A DNA stretch of 64,000 nucleotides from positions 81,778,001-81,842,000 of the forward strand of contig NC_135661.1 in the NCBI RefSeq assembly GCF_964188315.1. Reading direction: 5' to 3'. Below, piece after piece: positions 11,612-24,639 of this stretch. The notes below the pieces were generated by a model. It searched no databases. It was given only the letters and a program-made list of their open reading frames with translations, and was not told the origin of the DNA. Both the position numbers and the translations under genes were made by a program. The stretch comes from Podarcis muralis (Eukaryota). Within the stretch, counting starts at the first letter, position 1; each line of letters starts with the position of its first letter.

Positions 11612-14600
11612 CTAAAGAGAAAATGGAGATGGTCAGGTGGAAGCCACAGAGTCAGATCCATCTTTGCTTTTATTTGTCTTCCTGGCCAGTGTAAGAATAC
11701 ATTTATTTACGTATTTATATTCTTTGAAGCAGCACGGCTTGTAAGAAGAAAAGGAAATCAGAGTAAGTGTCTTTAAGACAAGTGGTTTATACTTTCAGGG
11801 AACCTGGGCATCCTCTGCCTGGAATTTGGATAATTCGGAATACAGGGCATGCCACTGTGATTTCAATGCGAAGGAGGAATTTCAGGTCCAGTTCCCTCAG
11901 GGCTTCTTTTGCAGTGTGAGCAGAGAAAAGCTTCACTTGCTGAAACACCCATTTCCACCTGACTCTACAACATAGCTGTCAACCTTCCCCCACCCCTTTT
12001 TTGCGGGAAATTCCCTTATTCCAGCACTGTTTCTCGCTGCTTCCTGCTGCTATCCCAGAATGTTAGATATCCCGTAGACTGTCCCTGGAACAATTGACGC
12101 TGCTGATCCCTTATTTTCGAGGCTGCTGATCCCTTCTTTTCAAATCTGAAAGTTGACAGCTATGCTCTACAACCCTTCAGGAGACTTGCACACCTTTGCA
12201 GCTGGCCATCTAGGTGTACATACATTTCTGTTCTGGAGGGAGAGATCCATGCTTGAAATCTGGGAGAGCAGCTGCCATTCAATGTAGGCTTTACTCGGCT
12301 TGATAGACTAAAGGGGGTGTCTTGGTATTCGGCCACTTTCTATGTTCTGTTGGGTAGGTACATGAGGAAGACAATTGCCCATAAGGCCCTAAAATGTACA
12401 AGGCCATCTTAAGGCCAGCTTTCTGAGTTGTGTCTGTAACCCTGGGTTAATTGTGAGAGCTGCTGGTCGGCTCTTGTTAATACAGTGGTACATTGGTTCT
12501 CAAACTTAATCCATTTCGGAAATCTGTTCCCAAACCAAAGCATTCCAAAACCAAGGCATGCAAAATGGATTAAGACGTTCCAGACTTTTAAAAACAACCC
12601 CCTTAAACAGCAATTTAACATGAATTTTACTATCTAATGAGACCATTGATCCATAAAATGAAAGCAATGAACAATGCACTGCAGTCACATCATCAATCAA
12701 TCAGTAGCTGAACTGCATTCCACAGTCACAAAAAGAAAACAAAAGAGCTGCAAAATCCAAAACGCAAAATAAATAGCAAAAACTAACAAATGTCAGCGTA
12801 ACACTCAAAATGGAAGTGTGGCACTCAAATTAGAAGTGTAACACTCAAAACGGAGCATATTACTTCTGGGTTTGCAGTGTTTGGGTTCCAAGTTGCTTGA
12901 GTACCAAGGTGTTTGAGAACCAAGGGACCACTGTAACAGATATTTTGTCATATTTGGCATTTCCAAACATTCTGAAGCACAAAGGACTCACCTCATATGT
13001 GTTGACAGCGCTGGAGGAATTTTCAGGATGAACCTGGGTCAACGACAAAAATATGTTAACCTGCCCTTTCCATTCACATGGTTTGCTGCAAGAGAAAGGA
13101 AAATTTCCCAGCTTCATGGGAAAGGAAGATTTTAAGTGGCCGCAGATCAGTAGTGGGTGGAGCCAGATGTAAAAATGGGTGGAGCGAGAAATGCAAATTT
13201 CACCTTTGTGCAGTAGGCTAGTTTCTACACAGCTCCCTCTCTACACCTTCATCCAAGCAAGGCTGAGACTTTCAAAGACATATTCCAGCCAGGCAAAACA
13301 CTCAGGCAAGGTGTGAAGCCAGTTTGGTGGTGGACCTGACCTGAGAAGGAGTGTGTCGTGTGGAAAGACTGAGCGACAGGCAAAGTGATATTTAACCCCC
13401 AGAACTCAGTTTTCCTACTCCTTGTCTACCAGGTAAGTGCTTTAAAATTGAGAGGATCGGCTCCATTCTATACCCATATTGGCAATAAACAACAGCATAA
13501 GAAAAGTAGTTTGATGGCAGCCTTCCTCGCAAGGTTATCATCTTTCTTCCAACAGAGCCTGGTTATAATTGACCCTCCGTTAGAAGGAAGAGGATTGGTT
13601 TGAGAAGATATTGAATTATTTGAGTAGGTTTGAACAATTTGGGGCAATTAAAATGTTAAAAGTTAAATAAACCTTGTGGAGGGAGGAGTGTTAAGGTATA
13701 TAGAATTGTACATATGGCTGATTTGAATATGTTATTATTGATTATTTATACCCAATGCATCAGCCGCCTGGGGGTTTCCACTGTGTTTTGGTTGTTGGTA
13801 AAAACCCCCACAAAAAACTGAAAATTAAAATAAAATAAAATAATTGACCCTCCGTTAATGCTCCTGGCGGAGAACTGAAGTCTGCCAGAGTTTGAAAGTT
13901 CTTCACAGTTCAGGAGGAGAAAGAAAGATGAAATATTTCTACATCAGATACCAATTTCCAATCATACCATCCCCAAATGTGTTGGAGGTTAAACAGGTCC
14001 ATAAACAGGTTGATTGTGGGCAAGAGGGGTTTTGTTTTTTTTAACTTATTGAATTTCCCCTGAAAAGAGGAAACCCAGCTCAAAGGGGTGTGGGGTGGAG
14101 ATGGCATGGCATTTAGATGCTGTTGGTGGGTGCTATGCTTGAGGTGGCCCCATCTCACCCCAAACGACCACCTGGAGGCCCCCTGAGTCACTCACCTGTC
14201 CAGTTGGAAGAACGTTCTCATATATTTGAGGGGTGGATACAACCTGGGTGGAAGTTTTGCCATTTCGACGACAGACACCTGGAGGAGGGAGAAGTCTGGG
14301 AATAAACTCGTAATGTGGACCTCATATCCTACAACAGACCCTACAAATCTGCCCCCGAGAGCAGGGTAACATCAAGCAAACTGCAGCAAAAGCATTTCTT
14401 TATGCCTTTTAAGAAGCATTTGTTTGAATCTTGTCCTTAACAAGAACGAGCTCAGGGTGGTCTACGCAGTTCTGCTGCTCTGCATTTCAGCCTCACAACA
14501 ACCCTGTGAGGTAGGTTAGACTGAGAAGCAACAACTGTTCCAAGGTCCTTTGTGGCCAGTTGGGGATTCAAACCCTGGTCTCCAGGTTCCCAGTATGACA

Positions 14601-16539
14601 CTCTAACCATGACACCGTTTCGTAGTGGTTAAGAGCGGTGGACTCGTAATCTGGTGAACCGGGTTCGATTCCCCGCTCCTCCACATGCAGCTGCTGGGTG
14701 ACCTTGGGCTAGTCACACTTATTTGAAGTCTCTCAGCCCCACTCACCTCACAGAGTGTTTGTTGTGGGGGAGGAAGGGAAAGGAGAATGTTAGCTGCTTT
14801 GAGTCTCCTTAAAGGGAGTGAAAGGCGGGATATCAAATCCAAACTCTTCTTACACAGGCACACATGCTAGGCCCCCAACAGCTTACAGCCTAAAGGAGGT
14901 GACTCATTTAAATGTCAGTGCACTATGCCAATCATTCGGGGTTCCTTTTCCAGTCAGCAGAGTCACCCAGAAAGTCTTCTCAGTTCAGCTCATGTGTTGG
15001 TGAATTCCCAAGTGGGAATAAACACCTCACCCATTTCACTTCAGCTTAAATTATTTATTGCAGAATTAAAATTGCAACTTATACAACGATTGGTCTAAGG
15101 AAAATAAAGTAAAACTATATACAGTGAATCATTCCTCCTCTCTGTTCTTCACTAGGGTGTGTGAGTTGGGACCATTGGTGTAGTAGGAGATTAGCTGTCC
15201 AACTTAACAATGCTTATTCTTGCTAGTTAGCATGGGAAGGGGTTAAGACCACAGAGCTGTATTGCTGATAGGCATAGCATAGAGATGTACATGGGAGAGA
15301 GGGTCTGTGTGATTTCATTTCCCCACCTCTCTATCCCTCTTCCTCCAACCAGCAACGAGGGCTCCGCTTGCTCCAGCTCGTACACATGTCTGAGGCTGTT
15401 TTTACTGTAAATATAAGTATTTTACCTGCATAGTTTGTTTACTGCTGCTGTTGCAGAGAACCAATGCATGACTATAGGTAAGTAAATCATATTTTAAACT
15501 TACTTCCCAGTCTGTTGCCTGATTCTTTGTCAAGAAAGGTAAGAAAGGGGGACACAACTTACGTTGTAGCTGGGCTTTATCCAAAGAAGGCTTCACAATT
15601 CTTATGCTTTAATTTTCTGCTAAGGATGGGATCTAAAACTCTGTTCAGCTTGTGCAAGTGAGTGCCTGGAGGCAAGGTAAAGATAAAGGGACCCCTGAGT
15701 ATTAGGTCCAGTCACGGATGACTCTGGGGTTGCGCCGTTCATCTCGCTTTATTGGCCGAGGGATCCAGCGTACAACTTCTGGGTCATGTGACCAGCATGA
15801 CGCAGCCACTTTTGGCGAACCAGAGCAGCGCACGGAAACTCCGTTTACCTTCCTGCCGGAGCGGTACCTATTTATTTGCACTTTGATGTGCTTTTGAACT
15901 GCTAGGTTGGCAGGAGCAGGGACCGAGCAACGGGAGCTCACCCCGTTGCGGGGATTCGAACTGCTATCCTTCTGATTGGCAAGCCCTAGGCTCTGTGGTT
16001 TAACCCACAGCGCCACCCTCGTCCCTGCCTGGAGGTATAAATTGCAATTCATATATCCTCTCCTAACTAGTAAAACTCATCCCACAGTTGAAAGCACCAT
16101 GTTGAGAGCACCCTGCAGTCGACGGCCAGCTTTGGTTTTACTCACGGAGAAAGACGTAAGTCAGTGTTCCCACTAGCACCAATATCACAGCCAGGGACCC
16201 GATAACAGTCCCAGCGAGGGCTCCAGCAGAACCAGAAGAGGAAGAAGAAGAATCAGCTGAAGAATCTGAAGAGCAAAGGACTTTTTTTCATGATTTTGCA
16301 TTAAGGGTTGACCATAATCTAGCCTCTCATCTCTCCCTCTAAAAGCACTAAAGGAAGGAAATTTAATATTTTAGAATTTTCCAGCTTTGGGGGCAGAGAG
16401 GCAGCAGCATGTAATGTCCAGAAATGGATGCAGCTCTTCCTGGCTCACATAAGATTGGCTCGAATATAAGCCAAGGCGTTGCCCTCCAAAAGGTGAGAAT
16501 AGCTCTTCCTCAAACTCAGTGCCCAGTCTAGTGATTTTC

Positions 16540-16618
<79 letters not shown>

Positions 16619-19600
16619 CTCTGAATGTTTTTAGTAAAGATTTTCTTGGTTTATGAAAGAACATGCGTTCTCTCTTTTTTCAACATACACCCTACATATT
16701 ACCACCCAACCCCCTCTCCCCACCTCCTTCTTCCCCAGTCTAGCGATATTCTTTGATCTTTCCAGCTCCCCCAAGCTCTTATCCCACACTCAGATATGTG
16801 GGCCGCATAACAAGCTATAGGCCCTTTGAGCATTGAAAACAGCTGTCCCAGACGTGCCAACATTTCTGTGATGAAACACCATAATCTACCTCCACACAAA
16901 AAGTGATAGGGAGTTAGAAACCACTAGCATGGAGAGCAGAGTCAGGAGGAAAGGTGTTCCTGGTTTATTAGTGGATTACTCACATGCTATAGTTATCTTA
17001 CTGGGGTTGCTTGTAGCATTACTGACAGGGTTGACTGCCTGACACGTATAGTTCCCTTCGTCCTCTTTGGCGATGCCCGTTATCATGAGGGTTCGGTTCT
17101 GCTCAGAAATCCCAGTCTTAGGTGGGACAGGATTACCATCCTTGAACCAAAGGATGGAGACGTCAAAGTGGTCAGAGGTGTTACAGTGTAAGGTGACAGT
17201 TGCGTTCTCTGACACTAGGGATTCTGTCGGCTGCAGGACTGGGTTGGAGAGGACTTCTGCACATGAAACAGAAAGACAGTCATCATTTGTGGGTCCTCAT
17301 GGTCACTGAATCTGGTTATGGTCTCTTTAAGAGAAGCCATCAAAGAAAACCACTTTGAGCCAGTGACATGTGGTGTTGTTATTGTTTAGTTGTTTTGTCG
17401 TGTCTGACTCTTCGTGACCCCATGGACCAGAGCACGCCAGGCACGCCTGTCTTCCACTGCCTCCCGCAGTTTGGTCAAACTCATGCTGGTAGCTTCGAGA
17501 ACACTGTCCAACCATCTCGTCCTCTGTCGTCCCCTTCTCCTTGTGCCCTCCATCTTTCCCAACATCAGGGTCTTTTCCAAGGAGTCTTCTCTTCTCATGA
17601 GGTGGCCAAAGTATTGGAGCCTCAGCTTCAGAATCTGTCCTTCCAGTGAGCACTCAGGGCTGTTTTCCTTCAGAATGGATAGGTTTGATCTTCTTGCAGT
17701 CCATGGGACTCTCAAGAGTCTCCTCCAACACCATATGTTGGTGCATATTAATTGGTTTAAAAATGCTTTTAAATGAATATAATTCCCCCTCCCCCCCCAA
17801 AAAACCCCTCAAACATTTCCCCATTGAAAAGCTAAAAAGGCAGTTGCAAGACTAGCATATTCTGATATAGTTTTCTGGTGAAAGAATGAATAATTTTGTA
17901 GGGCCTCATTCTTGGGGCAGAGGAATTGTGTTTAGGACAAATTCACGAGCCCCCCCCCCCCACCAAGGAGGAAGGCACAGAATTCTCCACCTCAGAGCTC
18001 AGCAGAGGAGATAGATTTGGGTGCATAAGAAGTAAGAATGACTGGAGAGCAAGTTAACATACCTGAAACGGTGATGTTTGTAGCCCCTGTGTTGGTAACC
18101 CCAGGACTTCCTGGTTTAAATGAATAGGTTCCAGAGTCATCTGGCTTTAAATCTGTGATGTAAAGGGAGCAATCTGGCTTCACAGTTTCCCTGCCAGTGT
18201 GGGCAGGTCCCTCGGTCTGACCACTAGGAGACAGGAAATACGTAATAATAATGTTTCTTTCTTCAGCTGCCCCTCGGTACCATTTGCAGTTACTAAGCTT
18301 CCTCAGATCAAGACCTTCTGGTGTTAAGGTGACACTCTCTCCTTCTTTCAGCACTTCTGGAACAACTCTGATACTTATTCCAGTTGTCTCCTGGGCTCGA
18401 GTCAACAGGAAGCAGGAACTCAGGACGGAGGCTGCAGTGTGGAGAAGAAAACGAAAGACATGTTCTGCTAAAGAAGAAAAAAAGGCATTTCCTGGAGCCA
18501 TCTAACCTCTGCTGAAATGTCACGGCACACTCTAAATATCCCAGTTTGTAACAGTGATTCCCCCCAAGACCTGTCCTGCAAACACCAAGTGTAGCCCTTA
18601 CTTTATTGAGCAAGCAAGAAGGCAGTTCTTTTCCTGGCAGCTCAGCCTCAGCCTTCTTCCGGGGCAGACATGAAGAAAGGGGAAGCGCTCTTGCATTTCC
18701 CCTTCCAGGACCCTCCCATGTTTCTAGCTAAGCAAACATTAACATGAAGGGGTCCAGTGAAGGAGGTCTGGGCATCTGTCTGTGTTTACCTCCTTCAGGG
18801 ACTCAGGATGATTCCTTTCTTTTCTTTCTTTGCTTTATAATTTTTCATTTTTAACAAATGAACATAATAATCTGATTTATAAATCCTTTATGTACTTTCA
18901 CCTTACCACAAATACACATGCCAGCCAAATATATTATCATGACATTCCAAGTCTTTAATATGCGGATTCTTCAGTGACAAACATTCCTTCAACCAGCACA
19001 GACAGGAAGCTTCATAATATAATCTCATATCCGACAGGGAGAAACCTCTTCTCTCTTTCTCATCTATCAATATTTTATATTTTACTCTTGGTTTTTTCCC
19101 TTGCCAGATATCTTTTTGCCATTTATTTCAATAATTTCAATCTGTCTTGCCGATCACCGGTATTGATTGAAACAAAAATAACATTCATTTTAATAAATGA
19201 TTCCTTTCTTCACACAAAGTGCTCACTGGGCATTAAGAATCCTTCTACCATTTTTTTTTATTTCCCCCAGGGATCCAGCCTGCCCCTTAAGTACTACCTC
19301 TCTACCTTCCTCCAGAGCTGCTTGTCTAGAAGGCTCTGAGGCATTGTCAAAGTCATCATGTAACCATACCCTCCAACATTTCTCCAATGAATATGGGGAC
19401 ATCCTAAGGAAAAGCAGGATATTCCAGGCTCAAATCAGAAACTGGCTTCTGTAAATTGGAGACTGTATCTGGAAAACAGGGACACCTGGAGGGTCTGTAT
19501 GTAACTCCATCTGCAGCCTTTCAGAACTCTTACCAGAAACCCCTGTGGAAATGGGGGCCTGATTCTGCGTCCAAGTAGGTAAGAAACAGAGGGTGAAGTG

Positions 19601-20564
19601 GTGCAGCCTTAGTGGGACTTGCCAATTTTGCATTTCAATGCAAGTTTAAGTACATATTTAAAATGCTTCTTCTTGCAAATTAACACAATGGTCTAGTTTG
19701 AATTCCTGAGAAGGACACCACAACAACATTTGGAGGAGCATGAAATCTGGCAGTGAGTGAGGTGTAGACCTCTGCTTTAGTCTGAGAGGTGCAGATCTAT
19801 ATTAGAACTAAAAGACCAAATTCCTCCAGCATCCTCATCCTACCCCCAAGCTCAGTTGCATATAACTCCACCTGCTTCCTTCCAGAGCTCTTACCAGCAA
19901 CCCCTTTGGAAATGGGGTCCGGAGTCTGCATCCTAGTAAGTAGGAAACCAAGGGTGTAACAGGGTGGTCCCTAGCATATAAATACATGTTTTAAAAGTTA
20001 TTTTCATTCAAAACAACACCTTCCTCTAATTTGCATTCTTGAGAACTGCACCACAACATTTGGAGAAGTATGAAATCGGGTGCAGAGTTAGGTTTCGACA
20101 TCTGCATTAGTGGGAGAGATACTGTTGTTTAGTCGTTTAGTCGTGCCCGACTCTTCGTTACCCCATGGACCAGAGCATGCCAGGCACTCCTGTCTTCCAC
20201 TGCCTCCCGCAGTTTGGTCAAACTCATGCTGGTAGCTTCGAGAACACTGTGCAACCATCTCATCCTCTGTAGTCCCCTTCTCTTTGTGCCCTCCATCTTT
20301 CCCAAGATCAAGGTCTTTTCCAGGGAGTCTTCTCTTCTCTTAAGGGGATGGCCAAAGTATTGGACCCTCAGTTTCACGATCTGTTCTTCCAGTGAGCACT
20401 CAGGCTGGGAGACATACAGATCTGTGCTAAAAGACCAAATTCCTCCAGCATCCTCAACTCCCCCCAAGTAAGTCCTCCCCATTGCAGGGTGCTGACCTCT
20501 CACCTGCTAAGGGCAGCATCTTCCAGGAGACATTCCAGTCATGGGATCTGTGTGGCCTGTCCAT
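11564..20564 (-). CDS. Gene B: tandem paralog of gene A, CEACAM-like ITAM receptor, 7 exons, 331 aa
   Basis: Exons 20504-20564, 18063-18431, 16984-17256, 16146-16265, 14196-14278, 12992-13033, 11564-11611; all splice sites and the frame intact (996 nt). Confidence 0.88.
11971..12164. mobile_element. hAT-type MITE, only in duplicate copy 2
   Basis: TIR CATAGCTGTCAAC/GTTGACAGCTATG; 8-bp TSD CTCTACAA; empty site in copy 1 (~1075). Confidence 0.88.
12992..13033 (-). CDS. Gene B exon 6 (cyt2) VHPENSSSAVNTYE
   Basis: 42 nt, phase 0-0. Confidence 0.85.
14196..14278 (-). CDS. Gene B exon 5 (cyt1, IYENV)
   Basis: 83 nt, near-identical to gene A exon 5. Confidence 0.87.
15673..16026 (-). mobile_element. 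Sauria SINE
   Basis: Orthologous to 4300-4658 in the duplicate. Confidence 0.88.
16146..16265 (-). CDS. Gene B exon 4 (stalk + TM)
   Basis: 120 nt; YSSADSSSSSSGSAGALAGTVIGSLAVILVLVGTLTYVFL. Confidence 0.9.
16984..17256 (-). CDS. Gene B exon 3 (IgC)
   Basis: 273 nt; EVLSNPVLQ...CQAVNPVSNATSNPSKITIA. Confidence 0.93.
17375..17730 (-). mobile_element. Bov-B LINE 3' fragment
   Basis: Same RT C-terminal peptide, ORF 17386-17715. Confidence 0.9.
18063..18431 (-). CDS. Gene B exon 2 (IgV N domain)
   Basis: 369 nt, one codon shorter than gene A; same splice sites. Confidence 0.93.
20122..20405 (-). mobile_element. Bov-B LINE 3' fragment
   Basis: Duplicate of 8778-9060. Confidence 0.88.
20504..20564 (-). 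CDS. Gene B exon 1 (leader) MDRPHRSHDWNVSWKMLPLA
   Basis: 61 nt; donor GCAG|GTGAGA. Confidence 0.85.
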
Positions 20565-22763
20565 CTTGTGGGTGCACTTCCTGGAGGATTGATTTGGCTC
20601 TCTTTCCCTTGACAGCTCGTGCTCTGGGGTCTTTCTCTGCTCCTTGCCTAGTATCCGGTTCTAGCACCACTACTGCCTCCGAGTGAGTCTCCGATCAGAG
20701 AAACAGGAACTTGGCTGCTGAACTTTCAGCACTGGGTTTCCCCCAAGGGTTGGAAATCATCCAAACAAAGCTCTTTCATTAACTTCCTCTTATCCCCTTA
20801 CTAGCCAAGCCAATCCCTGAACTATTTGCTCAAATACAACTCAGCAGCACCTGCCTCAAAAAAACGACAGCAAAGATGCAGTCCGGGTTGCAAGAGTACA
20901 AAGAGGGAGACTGAAACCGAGAGTTGGGACGTTTAGGGTTCATTACAAAAAAGGTCTAAAGCGGAAGTCTCCAACCAGTCCAGAATTTTCATCTGCTGTA
21001 GACTCCCAGCCAGGAACTTGCCACCTGCTTCTGCTTTTTCAATTTAAATTTGTGATTACTGGTGCTAGGATTTCACCATAAATCACATGCTGAGATGCTG
21101 GCATACTATTATTTTCCAGTGGAAGTGAGCCAAATGTTCCTTCTGCAACCTTTGAACACCTATAGCGACACAATTCTCTCTTTGTTTTCCAGCATTTTTC
21201 CTCGTCGGCCAAGACTTGTGGTTGATGTGGAGCAAGAGAGGAGGTCACTACCACCCTTTAGACTTTTGTTTTGGTACCAAAAGAAGGTCTTTCTATCCCT
21301 TTCACCACCTCCTTTCTCTCTCTGTCATGCCTCCTTATAGAGTTCCTGTGTCTCTTGCATGTGCACACCCCCTGGGTACGATTTGGATGTCCTCTCAAAT
21401 GACGAAAATGGACCAGCTACTCCTTGGGTCTTTCTTCCCCATTTCTGCACATGTGTGATGTAGAGATCCTCTAGACCAAGGCGGTCCAACTTTTCATAGC
21501 AAGTGGCCTGCAAGAAGACATTGGCAAGGAACCCGCAGTGTGCACACTGCCTTGTCACACGGGGAAGGGGGTTGGAGCAAAGTGAGGCCAACATTTGATG
21601 GCCCTGCCCAGCCCTCACACTGCCTTCCTAAAGCCCCCCAAGCGAGGTGCCGGGCTTTGGGTGTGGGATGTGATCCATGAGAGGCGGTCAAGTACAACAT
21701 TCCTTGCAATGCTAGAGAAGTCATGTGAGGGAATGTTTGGTCCAGCCAGTCGAAACTTCCTGTTCCTCCTGGCTGGAGCATCCTTCCTTTTGCATGTGAT
21801 AGAAGGTGGGTGTGACCTAACCTGTCCAGGTAACAAAAGGACGAGTCACACAGCACATCTCTCTCTTTTTGACCAGCTTTTAGCTAGAACTGCTCTGCTA
21901 GCTCTCAGCTAGCAGAAGCACTGGGATTATTCCCCCATATGGGGTAGATCCACATGTAAATACAGTCATACCTCTTGTTATGTTAGGTTCAGGTTATGTT
22001 CTTTCAGGATACGTACCGCGGGTTTCACTTCTGGGTTTCACCGCTCGCGCATGCGCAGATGCTCAAAATGATGTCACACACATGCACAGAAGCGGCGAAT
22101 TGCGACCCGCACAAATGGAGATGCGGTTGCGTTCTGCTCAGGTTGCAAACAGGACTCCGGAATGGATCCCGTTCGCAATCAGAGGTACCACTGTATTTGT
22201 AACTAAGTCTGCCTTCAGGAATCCAACTGTGAACTGATGTGAGTAAACTTCTTTTATTGATTTTGAATAAGATTGCGGTGTCTTTATTCTTTTAAGAGGG
22301 ATCTAAGGGAACTTACCAGGAACGTACAATTCAATCTGAGACAGATTGAATTGTATAGTAGTGAGAGGCTCACACGAGCCTGCAACCAGCTATCTGCTGT
22401 GCATGAAAAGGGGAATGTAACTCTGCTACATAAAGGAACTTGCTAGCACAAGTTAGGAAGGATATTAGTAAACAATATATCCTCCCCTGCCACCCTGAAC
22501 ATTCCCACATTGGGAAGGAGGCACGAGGCTCTGGCAGGGTCCTGGCATCCTTCCAGCTCTCTCTCTCAAACATTTTTTTAATTCAATTTCACTTTTAACA
22601 TTTATCATCATAATCATCATAACATTTATCATCATAATCATTTTACAAATAGGATTCTCAAAATCCCCGAACTTCCCTCCATGGTTTTCCCAGATATTCT
22701 TTTCAAACTGCTTCATATCATATTCTCCATGTTTTCCTAAAACTCAGTTTTTTATCATAGTTC

Positions 22764-23010
22764 TCTGTGGTATAGTGGTTAAGAGCGATAGTCTCATAAT
22801 CTGATGAACTGGGTTCGCGTCTCTGCTCCTCCACATGCAGCTGCTGGGTGACCTTGGCTAGTCACACTTCTCTGAAGTCTCTCAGCCCCACTCACCTCAC
22901 AGAGTGTTTGTTGTGGGGGAGGAAGGGAAAAGGAGAATGTTAGCCGCTTTGAGATTCCTTAAGGGGAGTGAAAGGCGGGATATCAAATCCAAACTCTTTT
23001 CTTCTTCTTC
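22764..23010 (+). mobile_element. tRNA-derived SINE (Squam2-like)
   Basis: Same family as 3260-3500; inserted into an L1 fragment. Confidence 0.75.
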
Positions 23011-23118
23011 TCTTCTTCATTGCAAGTGTTTTTAAAATCCTGCTAATATTTTCAATTGTTTACATTGGTGGGCTCCTCTGTCACCATGTTACATCTTCTC
23101 TACGCAGACTTTGTCTCT

Positions 23119-23130
23119 TCACTGCGGGGT
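23119..23130 (-). CDS. Gene C putative terminal exon TPQ* (decayed homolog of A/B exon 7)
   Basis: TTTTCTCTCCAG|ACCCCGCAGTGA...GTCTGCGTAGAG aligns to A/B TTTTCTCTTTAG|ACCTTGCAGCCC...GTCTACGAAGAG. Confidence 0.55.
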   Translation of the reverse strand, partial: TPQ

Positions 23131-24584
23131 CTGGAGAGAAAACGGGGGTTCATCAGGTTGGAAACTTCAAAGTCAACCCCGTTTTGGTGTTGCTTTTATT
23201 TGCTTTCCTGGGCAGCACCAGAGAACAGTGATGGCATGGGCTGCTCCCCCCCCCCCCTTAGAAGCAGAATGCACTTTTGAAAGAGGAGCTAATAAGTGCT
23301 CTCTCGTTGGTTGGTTTATACTGGCTGGAGAATCCAGGCATCCTTTACATGGAGTTTAGGACTCGCATCCAGTGCAACACTGAGTAACTTGTTCCGTTAG
23401 TGCATGGATTTATGCTTGCTCAATGGAACTTTCTCCTGTACTCCCATGTGCCCGCCAAATCTGTTCTGGGCTTTCCCTGACCCTCCAGAGCAGATTCGAG
23501 GGAAGGAGAAGGGAAGTCCATTGTGCAAGTGTAAATCCTTCTGCTAATGGAACAAGTACCAGGGATGCCATCCTAGGGGCTGTACCAAATACGTCTACTT
23601 ACAGAAAGGCCCATTTGAATGGATTAATCTAAGTGAGTCACGCCCTATATTTTCAGTGGGTGTTTTTTCGTATCTGACGTCCAGGCGTCACACACAATGT
23701 TGTGACATCGCACGTGATCTCTGGACGCAACGCAAGCCCCCACAATCTCTTTCTTGAGTCGGCGTGCCTGCCCTCAGGTCACTTCTCTCCCACCTCTGCT
23801 CCCGCGGAAAAACTGAAAGAGAGAAAGCGTGTACACACGAGTTTCCCTTTTCCAAGGGATCTCAGTAAAAGCTGAATCCAAATAGAATGAATCTGAACCT
23901 TGGAAAGGTCATAGAGCTGAAGGAGGAAGTGGGAAAGAGCGTCTCTCTTCCAGCTTTCATTCTTCAGCCTTGTTTGCTTTTCAAGGGAAAAATGGGTAAC
24001 CATTCTCACCACCTCAGGGAAGACCTGAGGGTTGCCATTGCCTTTTGGTGACCCTCAGTTTAACTCATTTAATCTAGCCTATAAATTACCCAGGGCAGGT
24101 TCCTTTAAATTCTCTTCAATTAGAACACCAGGCTTAATGACAGCACTGAAAGGAAAGACTGCCTCGTTGCAGGGGTGCCTTACAAAGCTCATCTAAGGCC
24201 TTACCTGTCTGGAATGGCAACATTTTCATAGGCAGGTGGGTCACATGTTGGCGGTTCAGGTGCCTCAACAGTGGAAGTATTTTCAGTCCGACATCGGCCA
24301 CCTGAGGGAGAGAGGCTACTGGCAACCAAATCTTAACATTCAAGCTCTCCATTAGTTGTTACTTTTTAAGAATATACGATATGTGTTGCTTAGAGTACTG
24401 GACCAGGAGCTGGGAGACGAGGGTCCAAATCCTCACTTGGCCACCTGAAGTCCACCGAGTGACCTCGGGCCGGTCGCTATCTCTGAGCTTAACCTCCCTC
24501 ACAAAAGTTGTTGTGAGGATGAAATGCAACGGGGAAGAACCAACATACGCCACCTTGAGCTCATTGCAGGAAAAGTGGGGCAGA

Positions 24585-24639
<55 letters not shown>

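Larger units (their letters stand above)
92..23060. repeat. Tandem segmental duplication, ~11.2-kb unit (copy 1 ~92-11327, copy 2 ~11328-23060)
   Basis: Collinear near-identity of exons, introns and shared TEs, e.g. TTCCAGGAGGAGTTTCC at 92 and 11328; offset 11.2-11.4 kb. Confidence 0.95.
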
